NCBI GenBank assembly: GCA_964016885.1
Contig: OZ024748.1
Location: 43,834,001-43,898,000, forward strand
Direction: 5' to 3'
Length of the DNA: 64,000 nt
Origin: Eledone cirrhosa
Taxonomy: Eukaryota
Every line of letters starts with the position of its first letter. Within the stretch, counting starts at the first letter, position 1. Positions 42,438-55,669 of the stretch are shown one piece after another. Below the pieces are notes generated by a model. That model was not told the origin of the DNA and did no database searches. It saw only the letters and a list, made by a program, of their open reading frames with translations. Made by a program: the position numbers and the translations under genes.

Positions 42438-42562
42438 CACAAGAGCAACAATGAAGGGTTCATTCTACTGACATGGCTATAAAATTGAGGCTTGTTTGCA
42501 TAATTGCAAACGAATTGAATGTTGTTAATATTCGAAAAACTCAGATTACATTTATATATATT

Positions 42563-42860
42563 CTAGGGTGGGTAAAATTCCCGAGATCCATGGACGAGTT
42601 CTCTCCAGCGGTCTCTGTCCCTCATTATCGCTGCCATGTCCTGCGTCTCCAACAGACCAGTGTCTGTCCTTGGGGCATCAACATACGTTAACCTTGGTCT
42701 TCCTCTTCCAGTGTGTCCATGTAGGGGCTCTCACAGGAGCACTGAGTGCAATGTCAACTCTGGATGTCGGTGAGCATGTCCAGCTAACCCCAGTCTCTTC
42801 TGTGTCACTTTTGAGAGGCTCCCATACAGCTCTGAGTTTTTCATCCTCAGTTGTTTCATG
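42563..42860 (-). mobile_element. LINE C-terminal fragment (RTE-like, third family); second copy at 60909-61055 (+)
   Basis: GRGRPRLTYVDA...MRDRDRWRELVHGS in translation; two near-identical copies. Confidence 0.7.
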
Positions 42861-42892
<32 letters not shown>

Positions 42893-43260
42893 ACATCAAG
42901 TTTAATATAGAAATGGCTTCTACAAGACTAGAACTGTTTCATTCACCCCGAGACACGGACACACTTTATTTATTTATATATATATCTTGGTTATTTGGAA
43001 CAGTCAAATTTAAACATTGACCTTCTAGTAAATATATATCACAAATTGATACCAACTGATGCTATATAAACGAGGGTGGTGAGGAAATGGTGTCAAGGCT
43101 AAATATATTATGAAATAATTATGCCAGATAAATTAATTGGTCTGATGTCAATCTACAACAGAACATTGTACAAGGTATTTTGACACTATAATTCTTACAT
43201 TGCTAATCGTGTAATTGAAACAAAAATATTTGGTGTAACAACAGAAGATATAGTGATACT

Positions 43261-43326
<66 letters not shown>

Positions 43327-43505
43327 CATCATCGTTTAACGTCCCTGTTCCACGCTTGCATGGGTTTGGACGGGGGCATTACAGCGTGGACTGTGTGTTT
43401 TTTGTCGTGATATAACGATAGGCTGAAAAGTTTAGAGGCTGGGTATAAAGGAGTGATGCTAGAGCTGTGAAATCTTGCATGCATTAACTTCAAGATAGCG
43501 ATACT

Positions 43506-43546
<41 letters not shown>

Positions 43547-43549
<3 letters not shown>

Positions 43550-43745
43550 CGCCACGAAAAAGCACCCAGCACTCACTGTAAATGAGGTTGGTGTTAGGAA
43601 GGGCATCCAGCTGTAGAAATCAAGCCAGATCAGTTCCTGTATGAGCAAGGCATGGTCAGCCGACCAGACACTGCACACAACAGGACAACCCGTCTAACCC
43701 ATGCTAGCGTGGAAGAACGGACGTAAAACGGTGATGATGATGATG
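43547..43745 (+). mobile_element. RTE 3' end, inverted relative to 14637-14840
   Basis: Near-exact reverse complement of the 14637 copy 3' UTR; (GAT)n tail. Confidence 0.85.
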
Positions 43746-44222
43746 ATATATATATAAGGATAGGCTGAAAAGTTTAGAGGCTGGGTATAAAGGAGTGATG
43801 CTAGAGCTGTGAAATCTTGCATGCATTAACTTCAACTCTTAATAACTGCATTGTTTCTTTCCAGAAACTATGTTGAAAAAAAAATAAACCTCATTTGGTC
43901 ATTCCATGAGATTATCTTTGTCAGCTTATAAACTTTTCAGCCGACCCTCTTACAAAATACGGGGCACATTGAAAGTATGTAAAATGGAGATGCGACTTAT
44001 ACACGATGATATTAAAACTAACTACTATTCAAATCAACAGTGATGGTCTGCGTCGTCTAAACCAGTTCAGCGAAAAAGAAAAATATTGAGTAATATTGAT
44101 GAGGGTTTAACCAAATCGATCGCAGTGCAGTAACTTCTCTCTCTCTCATTATACAGTTTATTTCAGGTTCTATGCATTTATCTTATAAACAGATGATAGA
44201 GAAACAGTGGTGTGGATTATAA

Positions 44223-44269
<47 letters not shown>

Positions 44270-44491
44270 CCCCAAAAAATGTATACACACATCAACAGCT
44301 TTCTAATATTGTCTGTACAAATAATCAAAGTGTGTATACATGTTTGTGGGACACCCTGTGTATGTATATATATATATATACACATACACACACACGGTGT
44401 ACCCCAAAAATGTATACATACTTCAACAGAATTCTAATAAATATTGCCTGTACAGGTAATCAAAGTATGTATACATTTTTGGAGGGACATC

Positions 44492-44540
<49 letters not shown>

Positions 44541-44955
44541 CACACACAAGTTATTTTCAATGAAAGTACTTTAAACGTTACATCCATTAAACGTCTAAAA
44601 GTGTTGTAGAAATATTTATCAATAGAGTTATTTTCCGCAGTAAATCAATTTAGGAGATGAAAGGTTTCTGCTACACAGGTGAAGTTTACCGAGGCAGAAA
44701 CTAGATTACAAAAGTTAAACTAGATTACAAAGGTTAACTAAAAATAGTAAATTTCCCCCACCCATGTAACAAACTCCTGTCGTCTGCTTAACACCTGACC
44801 AAAACAACACCTTCACCACGTTTTATTATTTATATATACTTTCATCCTTACGGGGGTCGATAAAATAAAGTACCAGTAATGCACTGGGTTATTGCTGGCC
44901 TGTACCTAAAGTAGAAACAATTATTTATATATACTTGTATTTACCACGTTTTATT

Positions 44956-44988
<33 letters not shown>

Positions 44989-45628
44989 GAGAGAGTGTCT
45001 CCCAAAAATGTATACATACTTCTAATAAATATTGCCAGTACAGATAATCAAAATGTGTATACATTTTTGGGGACACCCTATATATTAATTTTAACCTGTT
45101 GACTAACACTGTTTATATATTTGTGTGTGTGTGTCTGTGTGTGTGTGTGTCTGTGTGTGTGTGTGTCTGTCTGTGTGTCTGTCTGTGTGTGTGTGTGTTC
45201 GTGTATGTGTACTGAATATATGGCTTACTAGTTTTTTAAATCTAAAAATAAACTAAATAATTCTTCAACGTTCAGCATTTGAAATTTCAATTAATTTCAA
45301 AAATAAATAGAAAGAACGAAGGAAAGAGAAAGGGATGAATGGAGATGGAGAGAAGGTTTATTAAGACAATTACTACGTTGATGTTTTGGGGGTCGATATA
45401 TCTAAAGTATTTCTAGTTTGCCACACACATCACAAACTGTGTTTACAAGAACTAAAATAAATCTATAAATAGCTTCTTTGGTTGAAAATATCAGCGCAGC
45501 ATCCGAATAGCATAATATGGTTTCATTGAATGTAAATAAATATAAGTAAATGGTGACAGCCCAGACAGATAGGGACAGAGAGACAGGCAGACATGGACAG
45601 ACAGTGAGACAAGCAGAGGGACAGAGAC

Positions 45629-45696
<68 letters not shown>

Positions 45697-46118
45697 ACAC
45701 AGAGAGAGACTGACAGAGAGAGAGACTGACAGAAAGACAGAGAGAGACAAACCGGTTTGAATTAATAATAACGAAATATAATAATAACCATGTAAGAATA
45801 ATTATAGAGAGAGAAAGGAGAAAAGATGGTGCATTAAGAGAAACAGATATATGCGTGACAATATAATAATAATAGACTCGGAAATCTGTAGTATAGTTGA
45901 TATAATATATATATATATATATATATAAAAAGAATCAAGACCCCGACGGCTGAGCTCCGGCCGTTTCAACGGCTAGATCCAAACAGTTTGGATCTAGCTG
46001 GCGGGGGGTCCTGATTCTTTTCATATTAGCCACTCTACTACCCCAAGTATCGAGTACTGTGGTGGGTTATGGGCCATCTGGTATATACAATATACATAGA
46101 GTATATACAATATAGAAA

Positions 46119-46166
46119 TGGCTCCTACAGGGCTAGAACTGTTTCATTCGAAGGAAATCATCAGGA
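46119..46166 (-). ncRNA. Hammerhead-like motif of the 8900 family; 5' arm of helix I disrupted by a fold-back inversion
   Basis: Minus strand CUGAUGA uuuccuucgaau GAAACAG uucuagcc CUGUA GGAGCC; partial copies at about 42906-42944 and 46644-46671. Confidence 0.55.
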
Positions 46167-46579
46167 TGATTTCCAACAGTTCTAATCCTGTAGAAGTCAT
46201 TTCTATATTTTATATATATATAAAATATAGAAATATATATATATATATATATCCACCCCCACCCACCCCACCCCCATTCTCAAGCGTGAAACTAATAATA
46301 ATTGTTTCTACTTTGGCACAAGGCCAGCACATTATTGGTACTTTATTTTATCGACCCCGTAAGGATGAAAGGTATCGACCCCTAATAGACATTTGTACTG
46401 CCTCTTCGTTTTTCTGTTCTCCGTTTACTTTATATATATATAAGTCCAGAAATAGCCGTCGAAACGGCTTGAGCTCTGCCGTTGGGGTCATACTTTTTCC
46501 TATTTCCCACTCTACCACCCTAAGTATTGAGTACTCTGGTGCGTTATGGTCCATCTGGTTCCTTACCACAATTCCTTTG

Positions 46580-46635
<56 letters not shown>

Positions 46636-46731
46636 ATATAGAGAGAAATGGCTTCTACAAGACTAGAACTGTAATATATTCATTTTATTAAGGTTAAATA
46701 GCGAGTCTTGTTACTCTAAAGTAACAAGTTC

Positions 46732-46779
46732 CTTGCCTGATGACCCTGTGATAAACAGGCGAAACTCCAGAGTAACAAG
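46732..46779 (+). ncRNA. Degenerate type I hammerhead-like motif
   Basis: CUUGC-CUGAUGA-C CCUGU gauaa ACAGG C-GAA-ACUC ca GAGU-A-ACAAG; mismatches at the core-proximal pairs of helices I and II. Confidence 0.5.
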
Positions 46780-46872
46780 ATTCACTACTTCATCTTAATA
46801 AAATGAATATTAAAACTCTACTTTGGTATCGAGTACTCTTTTCCTTCAGCTGCCAACCACATACGTGCGTGC

Positions 46873-46925
<53 letters not shown>

Positions 46926-48014
46926 CATATACATATATATATATACATATACATATATATATATATACATACATACATACATATATATACATACATACAT
47001 ACATACATACATACATACATACACACATATATATATATATACTTCTTCAACAGAAATATAAGAGGACAAACGGTTATGCCAGTCGTAGAATATTTTACAC
47101 CAGCATTTAAACACAAAAATGATTACCAGTGATAGAAAGAATTTTCTTTACTCGATTTCATTGTAACCCGGCAACCCCCACTGTCCCCGTCTTTGTATTG
47201 TCCCCTATATGTTGGCCCTTGTGGCCAATAAAGAAACAGTTATTATCATCCTTCAAATCTCGCCGAAGTCAACTTTACTTTTCATCCTTTCCAGATTAAA
47301 TCAAGTTCCCGTTAAATATTGGAGGATCGATATAATCGACTTTTCTCTTCACCCCACACTCTCAAAAATTGCTGGACCAGCATTTAAATTAAAAATCATT
47401 ATTATTATTATTATTATCATCATTAAATATCCTTTCATCCTTAAGGAGGTCGATAAAACAAGTACTAGTAATGCACTGGCGTTGATTTAATCGACTATCC
47501 CCTCCCGCAAAATTGTTGACCATGTGCCTAAATCAGAAAGCATTATCATAATTCAATATCCTTTCATCCTTACGGGGGTCGATAAAAAATAAAGTACCAG
47601 TAAGGTACTGGAGTCGAGTTACTAACCCACCCCCTCCTTCCTTTCAAATTGCTGACCTTGTGCCAAAAGTAGAAACCATTGTTGTTATGAGATATGTTGA
47701 GTGGACATGGAATAGTTTTAAGTTAAAGCAAAGCAGTGCAGTTATAAAACCTCGCCAAGCTATTCAACTAAAGAAAAACCGTGTTATTTGGAAGTGGAAT
47801 CCCTCAATAGAATTGTTCGTGAATAGGTTTTACAGGGACAATACAATATATAGCTGGTGGTGGTGGTCTTCAGTTCGGATAAAAACAATATTGTTTAGAA
47901 AACGTAAGATAAACACAAATATAAGGACAATTTTCTCTCTCTCTCCTCATATATATATATATATATATATATACTATCCATGTGCAACCTGCAGTATTTT
48001 TCTCCCCATTTTTT

Positions 48015-48080
<66 letters not shown>

Positions 48081-48343
48081 GGAGCTTCCAACAGACATGG
48101 TCGCATTCTTTTAAGGGTATGTCAATATTTGTTTATAAAACTGATCTATATTATATTTTATCTGATGAAAGCGCACCATAGTTTGCTTTGGTGTCCTTGA
48201 AATATATATAATGAAATATGATTTTATAAATATAGTTTCCATTTATTAATATATTGTATTTTTACTCAAATAATTTGTTGAGTGCTTTATATCAGTTATA
48301 AAAATATTTGCTTGTTGTATCCCAACAAATTAAATATAACTTC

Positions 48344-48386
<43 letters not shown>

Positions 48387-48689
48387 TGAAGTTTCCGTTG
48401 AAAATTGAAAAAGTCATAGGAGTGAAGAGTGCTCTATGTAAGTACCAGAGCAAAATTTAATGTATAATAAACAATACAATATAATTACCTCATTACCAGA
48501 GGTTTCCCCAATAAGACGAATACGAAAAAAGCGTCCTCATTCGTTCGTCGGACAAGGTAATATATATATATAATTCTATTATTAATAACTCCAGAAAACT
48601 TCTTTGCTGAGTGCTTTTAATCTATTGTAAAACTATATTCATTGAATAATCAATGAACTTTGTTTAAAATTTGGTCGGTCGGGGACACA

Positions 48690-48764
<75 letters not shown>

Positions 48765-48880
48765 TTTTTTTATATAATAATAAAGCAACAAGTTTTGCTT
48801 TCAGAAATAAAATCAGTTGAGTTTATTGGAAACAAAAGCTCTCATAATTGGAGTGGTGCCAAAATTGGAAGAGAGGAAGG

Positions 48881-49470
48881 GACATACAACTTGTAGTGGT
48901 CATTACAGAAATTCTCCTGACATACAACTTGTAGTGGTCATTACAGAAATTCTCCTGACATACAACTTGTAGTGGTTATTACAGAAATTCTCCTGACATA
49001 CAACTTGTAGTGGTCATTACAGGAATTCTCCTGACATACAACTTGTAGTGGTCATTACAGAAATTCTCCTGACATACAACTTGTAGTGGTCATTACAGGA
49101 ATTCTCCTGTCTGCAGAACAAGGTGAAACAAAATAATAGACAGGTAGACGGGAGGACTTCAGAAGAGCTTCTACCACCCAAAGACAGGTAGATGGGAGAA
49201 CTTCAGTAGAGCTTCTACCACCCAAAGACAGGTAGATGGGAGAACTTCAGTAGAGCTTCTACCACCCAAAGACAGGTAGATGGGAGAACTTCAGTAGAGC
49301 TTCTACCACCCAAAGACAGGTAGATGGGAGAACTTCAGTAGAGCTTCTACCACCCAAAGACAGGTAGATGAGAGGACTTTAGAAGGGCTTCTACCACCCA
49401 AAGACAGGTAGATGAGAGGACTTTAGTAGAGCTTCTTCCAACACTAGACAGGTAGACAAGAGGACTTTAA
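48881..49470. repeat. Two adjacent minisatellites: 38 bp x6 (48881-49108) and 44 bp x about 7 (49138-49470)
   Basis: GACATACAACTTGTAGTGGTCATTACAGAAATTCTCCT and AGACAGGTAGATGGGAGAACTTCAGTAGAGCTTCTACCACCCAA. Confidence 0.95.
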
Positions 49471-50140
49471 TATAGCTTTGTCTACATTATTGTCTGTGTG
49501 TGAGGGTATTCTAAGAGACCATTGCGTTGTCAGTGAGCCAGGAATAAAACCTAGACAATGGTGTCACAAACCAGAGAAATACATATACCACTCTGGGGTC
49601 GATGCAATTAATTTTCTCCTCCCCTAAAATTGTTGGCCTTTTGCTTAAATCAGAAACTATTATTATTATTATTAATATTTTTGACTTCAAAAAGGTTAAC
49701 TTTGCCTTTCATCCCTACGGGGTCGATAAAATAAAATACCAGCAATACACTGGGATCGATTTAATTGACTTGCCCCTCCCCCCAAATTGCTGGCCTTGTG
49801 CCTAAAGTAGAAAATTATTATTCCGGTGGATTGGCAGTATCGGTAGAGTTACGGCCCTTTCCATTCTGAGTTCAAATCCCGCCGAGGTTAACTTTGCCTT
49901 TCATCCTTACGAGGTCGATAAAATAAAGTACCAGTAATACACTGGCTATTTGCTGGCCTTGTGCCAAAAGTAGAAACAATTATTATTCATCCTACCATAA
50001 TAAGATAATTAAACTAATTAGGAAACAAAATTGTTGTTGTTGTTAAGTGTGGATGCCGCGTTAATTTGGCTGAAACCTTTAATGAAAGAATGTCGACAGA
50101 GAAAACAATTATATCAATACAATTTCTCAGTCTCAGCAGC

Positions 50141-50190
<50 letters not shown>

Positions 50191-50215
50191 ATGTATGAGT
50201 GTGTGTATATTAAAT

Positions 50216-50301
<86 letters not shown>

Positions 50302-50334
50302 TAAATCTGTGTGTGGTGTAGTGTGGTGTGGTGC

Positions 50335-50365
<31 letters not shown>

Positions 50366-50385
50366 GCGCAATGACCCTCCCCAAG

Positions 50386-50420
<35 letters not shown>

Positions 50421-50552
50421 CATACATACATACACACGTATATATACACACATACATGTGTATATATATATATACATGCATACATATATATATATATATA
50501 TATATACACATGCATACGTATATATTGCAACACATACAAACAACATAGGAAC

Positions 50553-50610
<58 letters not shown>

Positions 50611-50613
<3 letters not shown>

Positions 50614-50726
50614 GGTGTCCCAAAAAAATGTATAGACACTTTGATCTCCTGTTCAGGCAATATTTATTAGAATGCTGTTGGAGTGTATATATATATTTTT
50701 TTTTGGGGGGGGGGGGGGACACCCTG
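50611..50726. mobile_element. Short Tc1-like MITE (CAGGGTGTCCC...GGGACACCCTG, TA TSD); relatives at about 44266-44490 and 44993-45080
   Basis: Terminal inverted repeats within (TA)n. Confidence 0.72.
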
Positions 50727-50787
50727 TATATATATTATATTTGTTATATAAATATACGCACGCGCATCCATATATATATGTGTGTGT

Positions 50788-50819
<32 letters not shown>

Positions 50820-51142
50820 TGTTTGTATGAATTGCTTGATGTTAGGTTTCATTAACAGTTAAGATGCTGCAGAGAAACTGCAAGTGTGTGTGGTGTGGTG
50901 TGGTGTGGTGTGGTGTGGTGTGGTGTGGTGTGGGTGTGGTGTGGGTGTGTGTGTGAAAACAAAAACACACCTGTGGGTTTTGAGTTTTAACAAATAATAT
51001 CTTTAACAAATAATTATCTTCTATAAATATAAAATATAAGATGTACTAGAGAGAGAAAGGGAGAAAGAGGAGTAATTAAGTTGGAGGAGAAAGACACATA
51101 AATATATGTACAAATAAACATATAAATATATATAAAGATTAC

Positions 51143-51461
51143 CATTTTCTGAGATATGTGTTCGTGTAGTATTAATATCCACTTTTTTTCTCTTAGTCTC
51201 AGGAGTTTTAATTACAACTTCTCCGTCTCTTTGAATGTGAATTCCTTCTAAACGATGTTTTAGCAAAATCCGATAACCGTGCTTCTTTGATTTAACGTTT
51301 AAAAAATATTTCGTACATTGGTGACATATTGCCCAAGCCTGTTCTTCACTGACAGAGCTTGTGAATATTCTTAAAACTCTTGCCAGAGATATATGGTTGT
51401 TTTTATCATTTTTCGAGCTTGGTTCATCGTCGGTGCTGTCGTCGGAACAGTTTGCTGCCAT
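51143..51461 (-). CDS. SPIRE: Spire-like actin nucleation factor, first coding exon (N-terminal half of KIND domain)
   Basis: ATG at 51461 in context GTCATGG; translation ISLARVLRIFTSSVSEEQAWAICHQC...IHIQRDGEV resembles the Spire KIND motif (LSLEEIL...EEQAWAVCYQC...RDG); donor AATG|GTAATC at 51142; 319 nt, phase 1. Confidence 0.88.
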
Positions 51462-52119
51462 GACCACCTTCTCACTACAACTGAGACGCTGACAACAAGG
51501 GGAGATAATCCGCTATAATACTTTCTCTTTCTAACTAGACCCTGCTGCTAATTCTCTTTCTCTCGTTCTCCGCTTCTCTGCCAATTCTTCCTCTCTGCTT
51601 CTTTGTTCATTCCTCTGTTTCTCTGCAAATTCCCCTCTAATTCTCTCATAATTTCTCTTTGTTTCTCTTTCTCTCTGCTAATTCTTCCTCCCTGCTTCTC
51701 TCCTAATTCCTCTTCTCTTCTTCTCTGCTAATTCTGCCTCTCTACCTCTCTCATAATTCCCCTTCTCTGCTCCTCTCCCAATTCTTCCACTCTGCTAATG
51801 CCTCTCTTCTAGACATCAGTTACCGGTGAGAAAGAGGTCTTAATAAAACTTTTGTGTTTATAATTTTTTTTTCAAACCAAGTGAATGTTTTATTTATTGT
51901 ATTTTATATATTAATCAATCTATAAAGTAGAGGTACATATTGAACAGTATCTAAGAAAAAACAACATAAACAGTGGGGGGCACATGGCCTAGTGGTAAGG
52001 GTGTTGGACTTACAATCATAATGTTGTGGATGGGTTCGATTCTTAGACTGGGTTGTGGCTTGGGCGTTGTGTTCTTGTGCAAAACACTTCATTTAATTTC
52101 ATGTTGCTCCACTGAAGCA

Positions 52120-52990
52120 GGTAGAGAAGTTCAAGTATCTCAGGGCTATGTTCATGAGTGGTGGAAGGCAGGAGCTGAATTAAGTGCAAGAATTGCAGGA
52201 GCTAGTGCAGTAAAACACCAGCTTCAGCATTCAATAATCAGAAGAAGGGAGGGAGGCGTAAAAGCCAAACTCGCTATCTTCAATTTGGTATTCGTGCCAA
52301 GCCTTACCTATGGTCATGAATCTTGGGGTAATGACTGAAGGAATACGATCACGAATATGATCAGCCGATATGGGATTCATCTGAGAGGTCTTTGGAGTAA
52401 CCTTACTTGGTAGACTGCATAGCTTGAAGATCAAAGAGTCACTCCAGATAGAGCTGCTACTTCTCTGAATTGAGAGATTACACACATACACACACACTTG
52501 CAGTTTCTCTGCAGCATCTTAACTGTTAAAGAAACGTAACCTCAAGCAATTCATGCAAACAATATATATATATATACACATATATATATATGGATGCGCA
52601 TGCGTATATTTATTTAACAAATATAATATATATATAGGGTGTACCCCCCCCCCACTCAAAAAATATATATTCACACTTCAACAGCATTCTAATAAATATT
52701 GCCTGAACAGGTAATCAAAGTATGTGGTTAGAATATCTCAGGAAAAAATTGCTGGAGATATTTGTAGCTCAGAGATCAGAGAGTCACTCCAGGTAGAGTC
52801 ACTACATCTGTGAATTGAGAGATCACAGCTCTGATACTATGGACATGTGGTTAGAATGTCTCAGGAAAGAGTCACTGGACAGATTTTACAGGCAAAACTA
52901 ATGGACAGGAGACCCAGGGGTAGACCCTGAGCAAGATGATTGGATAACATCCATGAGCTTGGCTGGTCTTGCTGGAGTCCCAGCCGGATC
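52120..52990 (+). mobile_element. Degenerate RTE-clade LINE (different family), interrupted by a local inverted duplication
   Basis: KFKYL, PSLTYGHESW, YYGHVVRM and RPRGRP motifs with stops and frameshifts. Confidence 0.75.
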
Positions 52991-53110
52991 AGTTGGAGAC
53001 AGTTGCTTCTAAATCAACCCCCAGTACATTACTGGTGCTTTATTTCATCAACTCCATAAGGATGATTTGATCTCAGAATGTAAACAGCCACAACTATATG
53101 CCACAAAGCA

Positions 53111-55207
53111 TAATAATAATAACAATGAAATTATTGTGTAAAGTGCTCAGGTGCACTACAACTCGTCAAAGGTGTATGTATAGTACATAGAATAATATAC
53201 AAATGTCAGGGAAGTGAATAGTGTACGAGTCATGATATACATGTGTATGTGTATGGAGAGGGAACATTAGGTGTAGTGTTGGCGAATCTTGGGAAGCATG
53301 GAGGCCTTATTGAATGCAGTGTCTCGACAGCTAACAACTGATGCAGGTAGTTTGTTCCATGCTTCAGCAACTCTGAGCGTGAAAAAATGTTTCCAAAAGT
53401 CATGGGAACTGTGCTGTTTTCTGACTTTGTGGGCATGTCCACGTGTGTTAGACACATGGAAATCAAAAAGGTACTCAGGGTTGTTGTTGGCAAGATGGTT
53501 AACAATTTTGTGGGTGTTTACCAAGTCATTTGCCAGGCGTTGGAGCTTCAATGTATCCATGCCCAGGGAAGCATGGCGTTCAGAGTATGGTAGATACCTG
53601 ATGGAGGGTATTCGCTTGGTTGCACGGTTCTGAACAGTTTCCGGGCAGTCAATGTTCTGAGCAGGATAGAGGTTCCAGACTGGTGATGCAAATTCTAAGT
53701 GTGGCCGCACCATAGCCATGTACAGCCTTAAATAGATAGCTGGAGAGTGGCTGACAAACATCTTGCTGAGTGATGCTAAGACACCCTCAGCCTTCTTGAC
53801 AATTTTAGAGATGTGCTTCGTCCAACGCAAATCGCTGCTGACCGTAATGCCCAGGTCACGTTCACAAGACTTCTTGATATTAGTGCTGTGGAGGGAGTAT
53901 GTGGACACTGGGTTTTTACTCCCAAAATGCATGGTGGTGCACTTGTCCACAGCTAGCTTGAGTTGCCAGTCTGAGATCAATTGTTGCATTGTGTCCAGGT
54001 CAGACTGCAAGCAAGATCTATAGTGTTCAGGATCTGTCCTTTTTATCTCAAGGTACAGCTTGATGTCATCTGCGTACTTTAGTACTGTGGCATTCTTTAA
54101 GTTGGCATCTATATCATTAATATATGCCACAAACAAAAGGGGGCCAAGAACAGATCCCTGTGGTACACCAGATGACATCTCATATGGTGAGGAATGCTGT
54201 CCCAGAACCGTGACTGAGAATGAAGGACTTCAACCAGTTAAAAAGATCATCCTTCACACCCATTGAGAGAGTTTTGCCATAAGCCTTTTGTGTGGCACAG
54301 AATTGAAGGCTTTTGCAAAGTCAAGGTAAACACCATCCACCCATGAGCCGCCATCAGTGATCTGGGTGATGTCTTCAAGAAACTCGATAAGTTGATCACA
54401 GCAGCTGGAGTTGGAGATAAATCCAAACTGCGAGGGCCGGATAAGACTGTGAGAGTTCTAGAAGTTCCAAAGTGTTTCTCTGACACAGGATTCCATCAGT
54501 TTGGCAATGCAACTAGTAAGACTGACTGGACGATAATTCACAGGTGATGCGCGGTCACCCTTTTTGAACAGAGGAATGACACTGGCAGTTTTCCACTGTT
54601 CTGGAGTAGCACCATTGTTCAGACAGAATTGGAAGAAGCGTGATAGCTGGTGCAGAAGGAAGTACCCACCACGTTTAAGAAGCAGGTATGTAACACCATC
54701 AAGACCAGGAGAGGCATGGTTGCGTTTATTTTTTAGGTGACATCGCAGCATTGCAGGTGTAAATTCCTTGGTTGTAATAGAGTCCGGTGTCATATGTGGT
54801 GGAAACGGTACACTCTGGTCTTCAATAGTGAAAATGCCTGCATAACATTCAGCAATGAGCTCTGCGCATTCCTTGGGGTCGTCAGTAACCTGGCTTGTGT
54901 GGGGATTGTGAACAGGACCAACTGGAGAGTGAGGCCTCTGCTTTGAGTGAACATACTTCCAGAACACCTTACTGCCAGGGCTGGTTGCTATGCGCTGTTC
55001 AAATTGAAGCACTGCCTTTTTTGTCACCTGTTTGAGGTGGTTGGACGATTTATTTCGCCTCTTCCTATTAATGTCTGATTTGTGCAGTTTGTACGTTCAG
55101 CATTGCGACATTCTTTTCTGGCAAGACGGACTGCTGCAGTCTCCCAAATTGCATTTTTGGGATGTTTTTTCCGCTTACGTGGCACCGATGCTGCACATGC
55201 TGTCCAT
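53111..55207 (-). mobile_element. CR1-like LINE, frameshifted reverse transcriptase with (ATT)n tail
   Basis: SPGLDG, KTASVIPLFKKG, NYRPVSLTSC, GVPQGSVLGPLLF, YADDIKLY, RPHLEFASPVW, FFTLRVAEAWNKLP motifs. Confidence 0.92.
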
Positions 55208-55559
55208 ATTAAATAATTGTTTCTACTTTAGGCACAAGGCCAGCAATTACCCAGTGCATTACTAGTACTTTATTTTATCGACCCCGTAAGGATGAAAGGC
55301 AAAGTCAACCTCGGCGGGATTTGAACTCATTATTTGAATATTAAATAATGATATATATGTGTGTGAATATATATATATATACATACATATATGTGTGTGA
55401 ATATATACATATATACATACATATATGTGTGTGAATATATACATATATACATACATATATGTGTATATATATACATACATATATGTGTATATATATACAT
55501 ATATACATACATATATGTGTATATATATACATATATATATATGGATACATATATGAATG

Positions 55560-55590
<31 letters not shown>

Positions 55591-55669
55591 ACATATATAT
55601 ATATATATATGTATACATATATATATATGTATACATATATATATTATTATATGTATACATATATACATT

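Noticed and set aside
48160-48200. CTGATGA followed by a hairpin
   Set aside because: No GAAA or helix III after the hairpin, so not called a hammerhead.
51021-51142. ORF extension beyond Spire exon 1
   Set aside because: Low-complexity intron sequence after a GT donor whose phase fits the downstream exons.
55391-55669. N-terminal part of the 432-aa ORF
   Set aside because: (TA/CA)n microsatellite read-through; LINE homology begins at about 55670.
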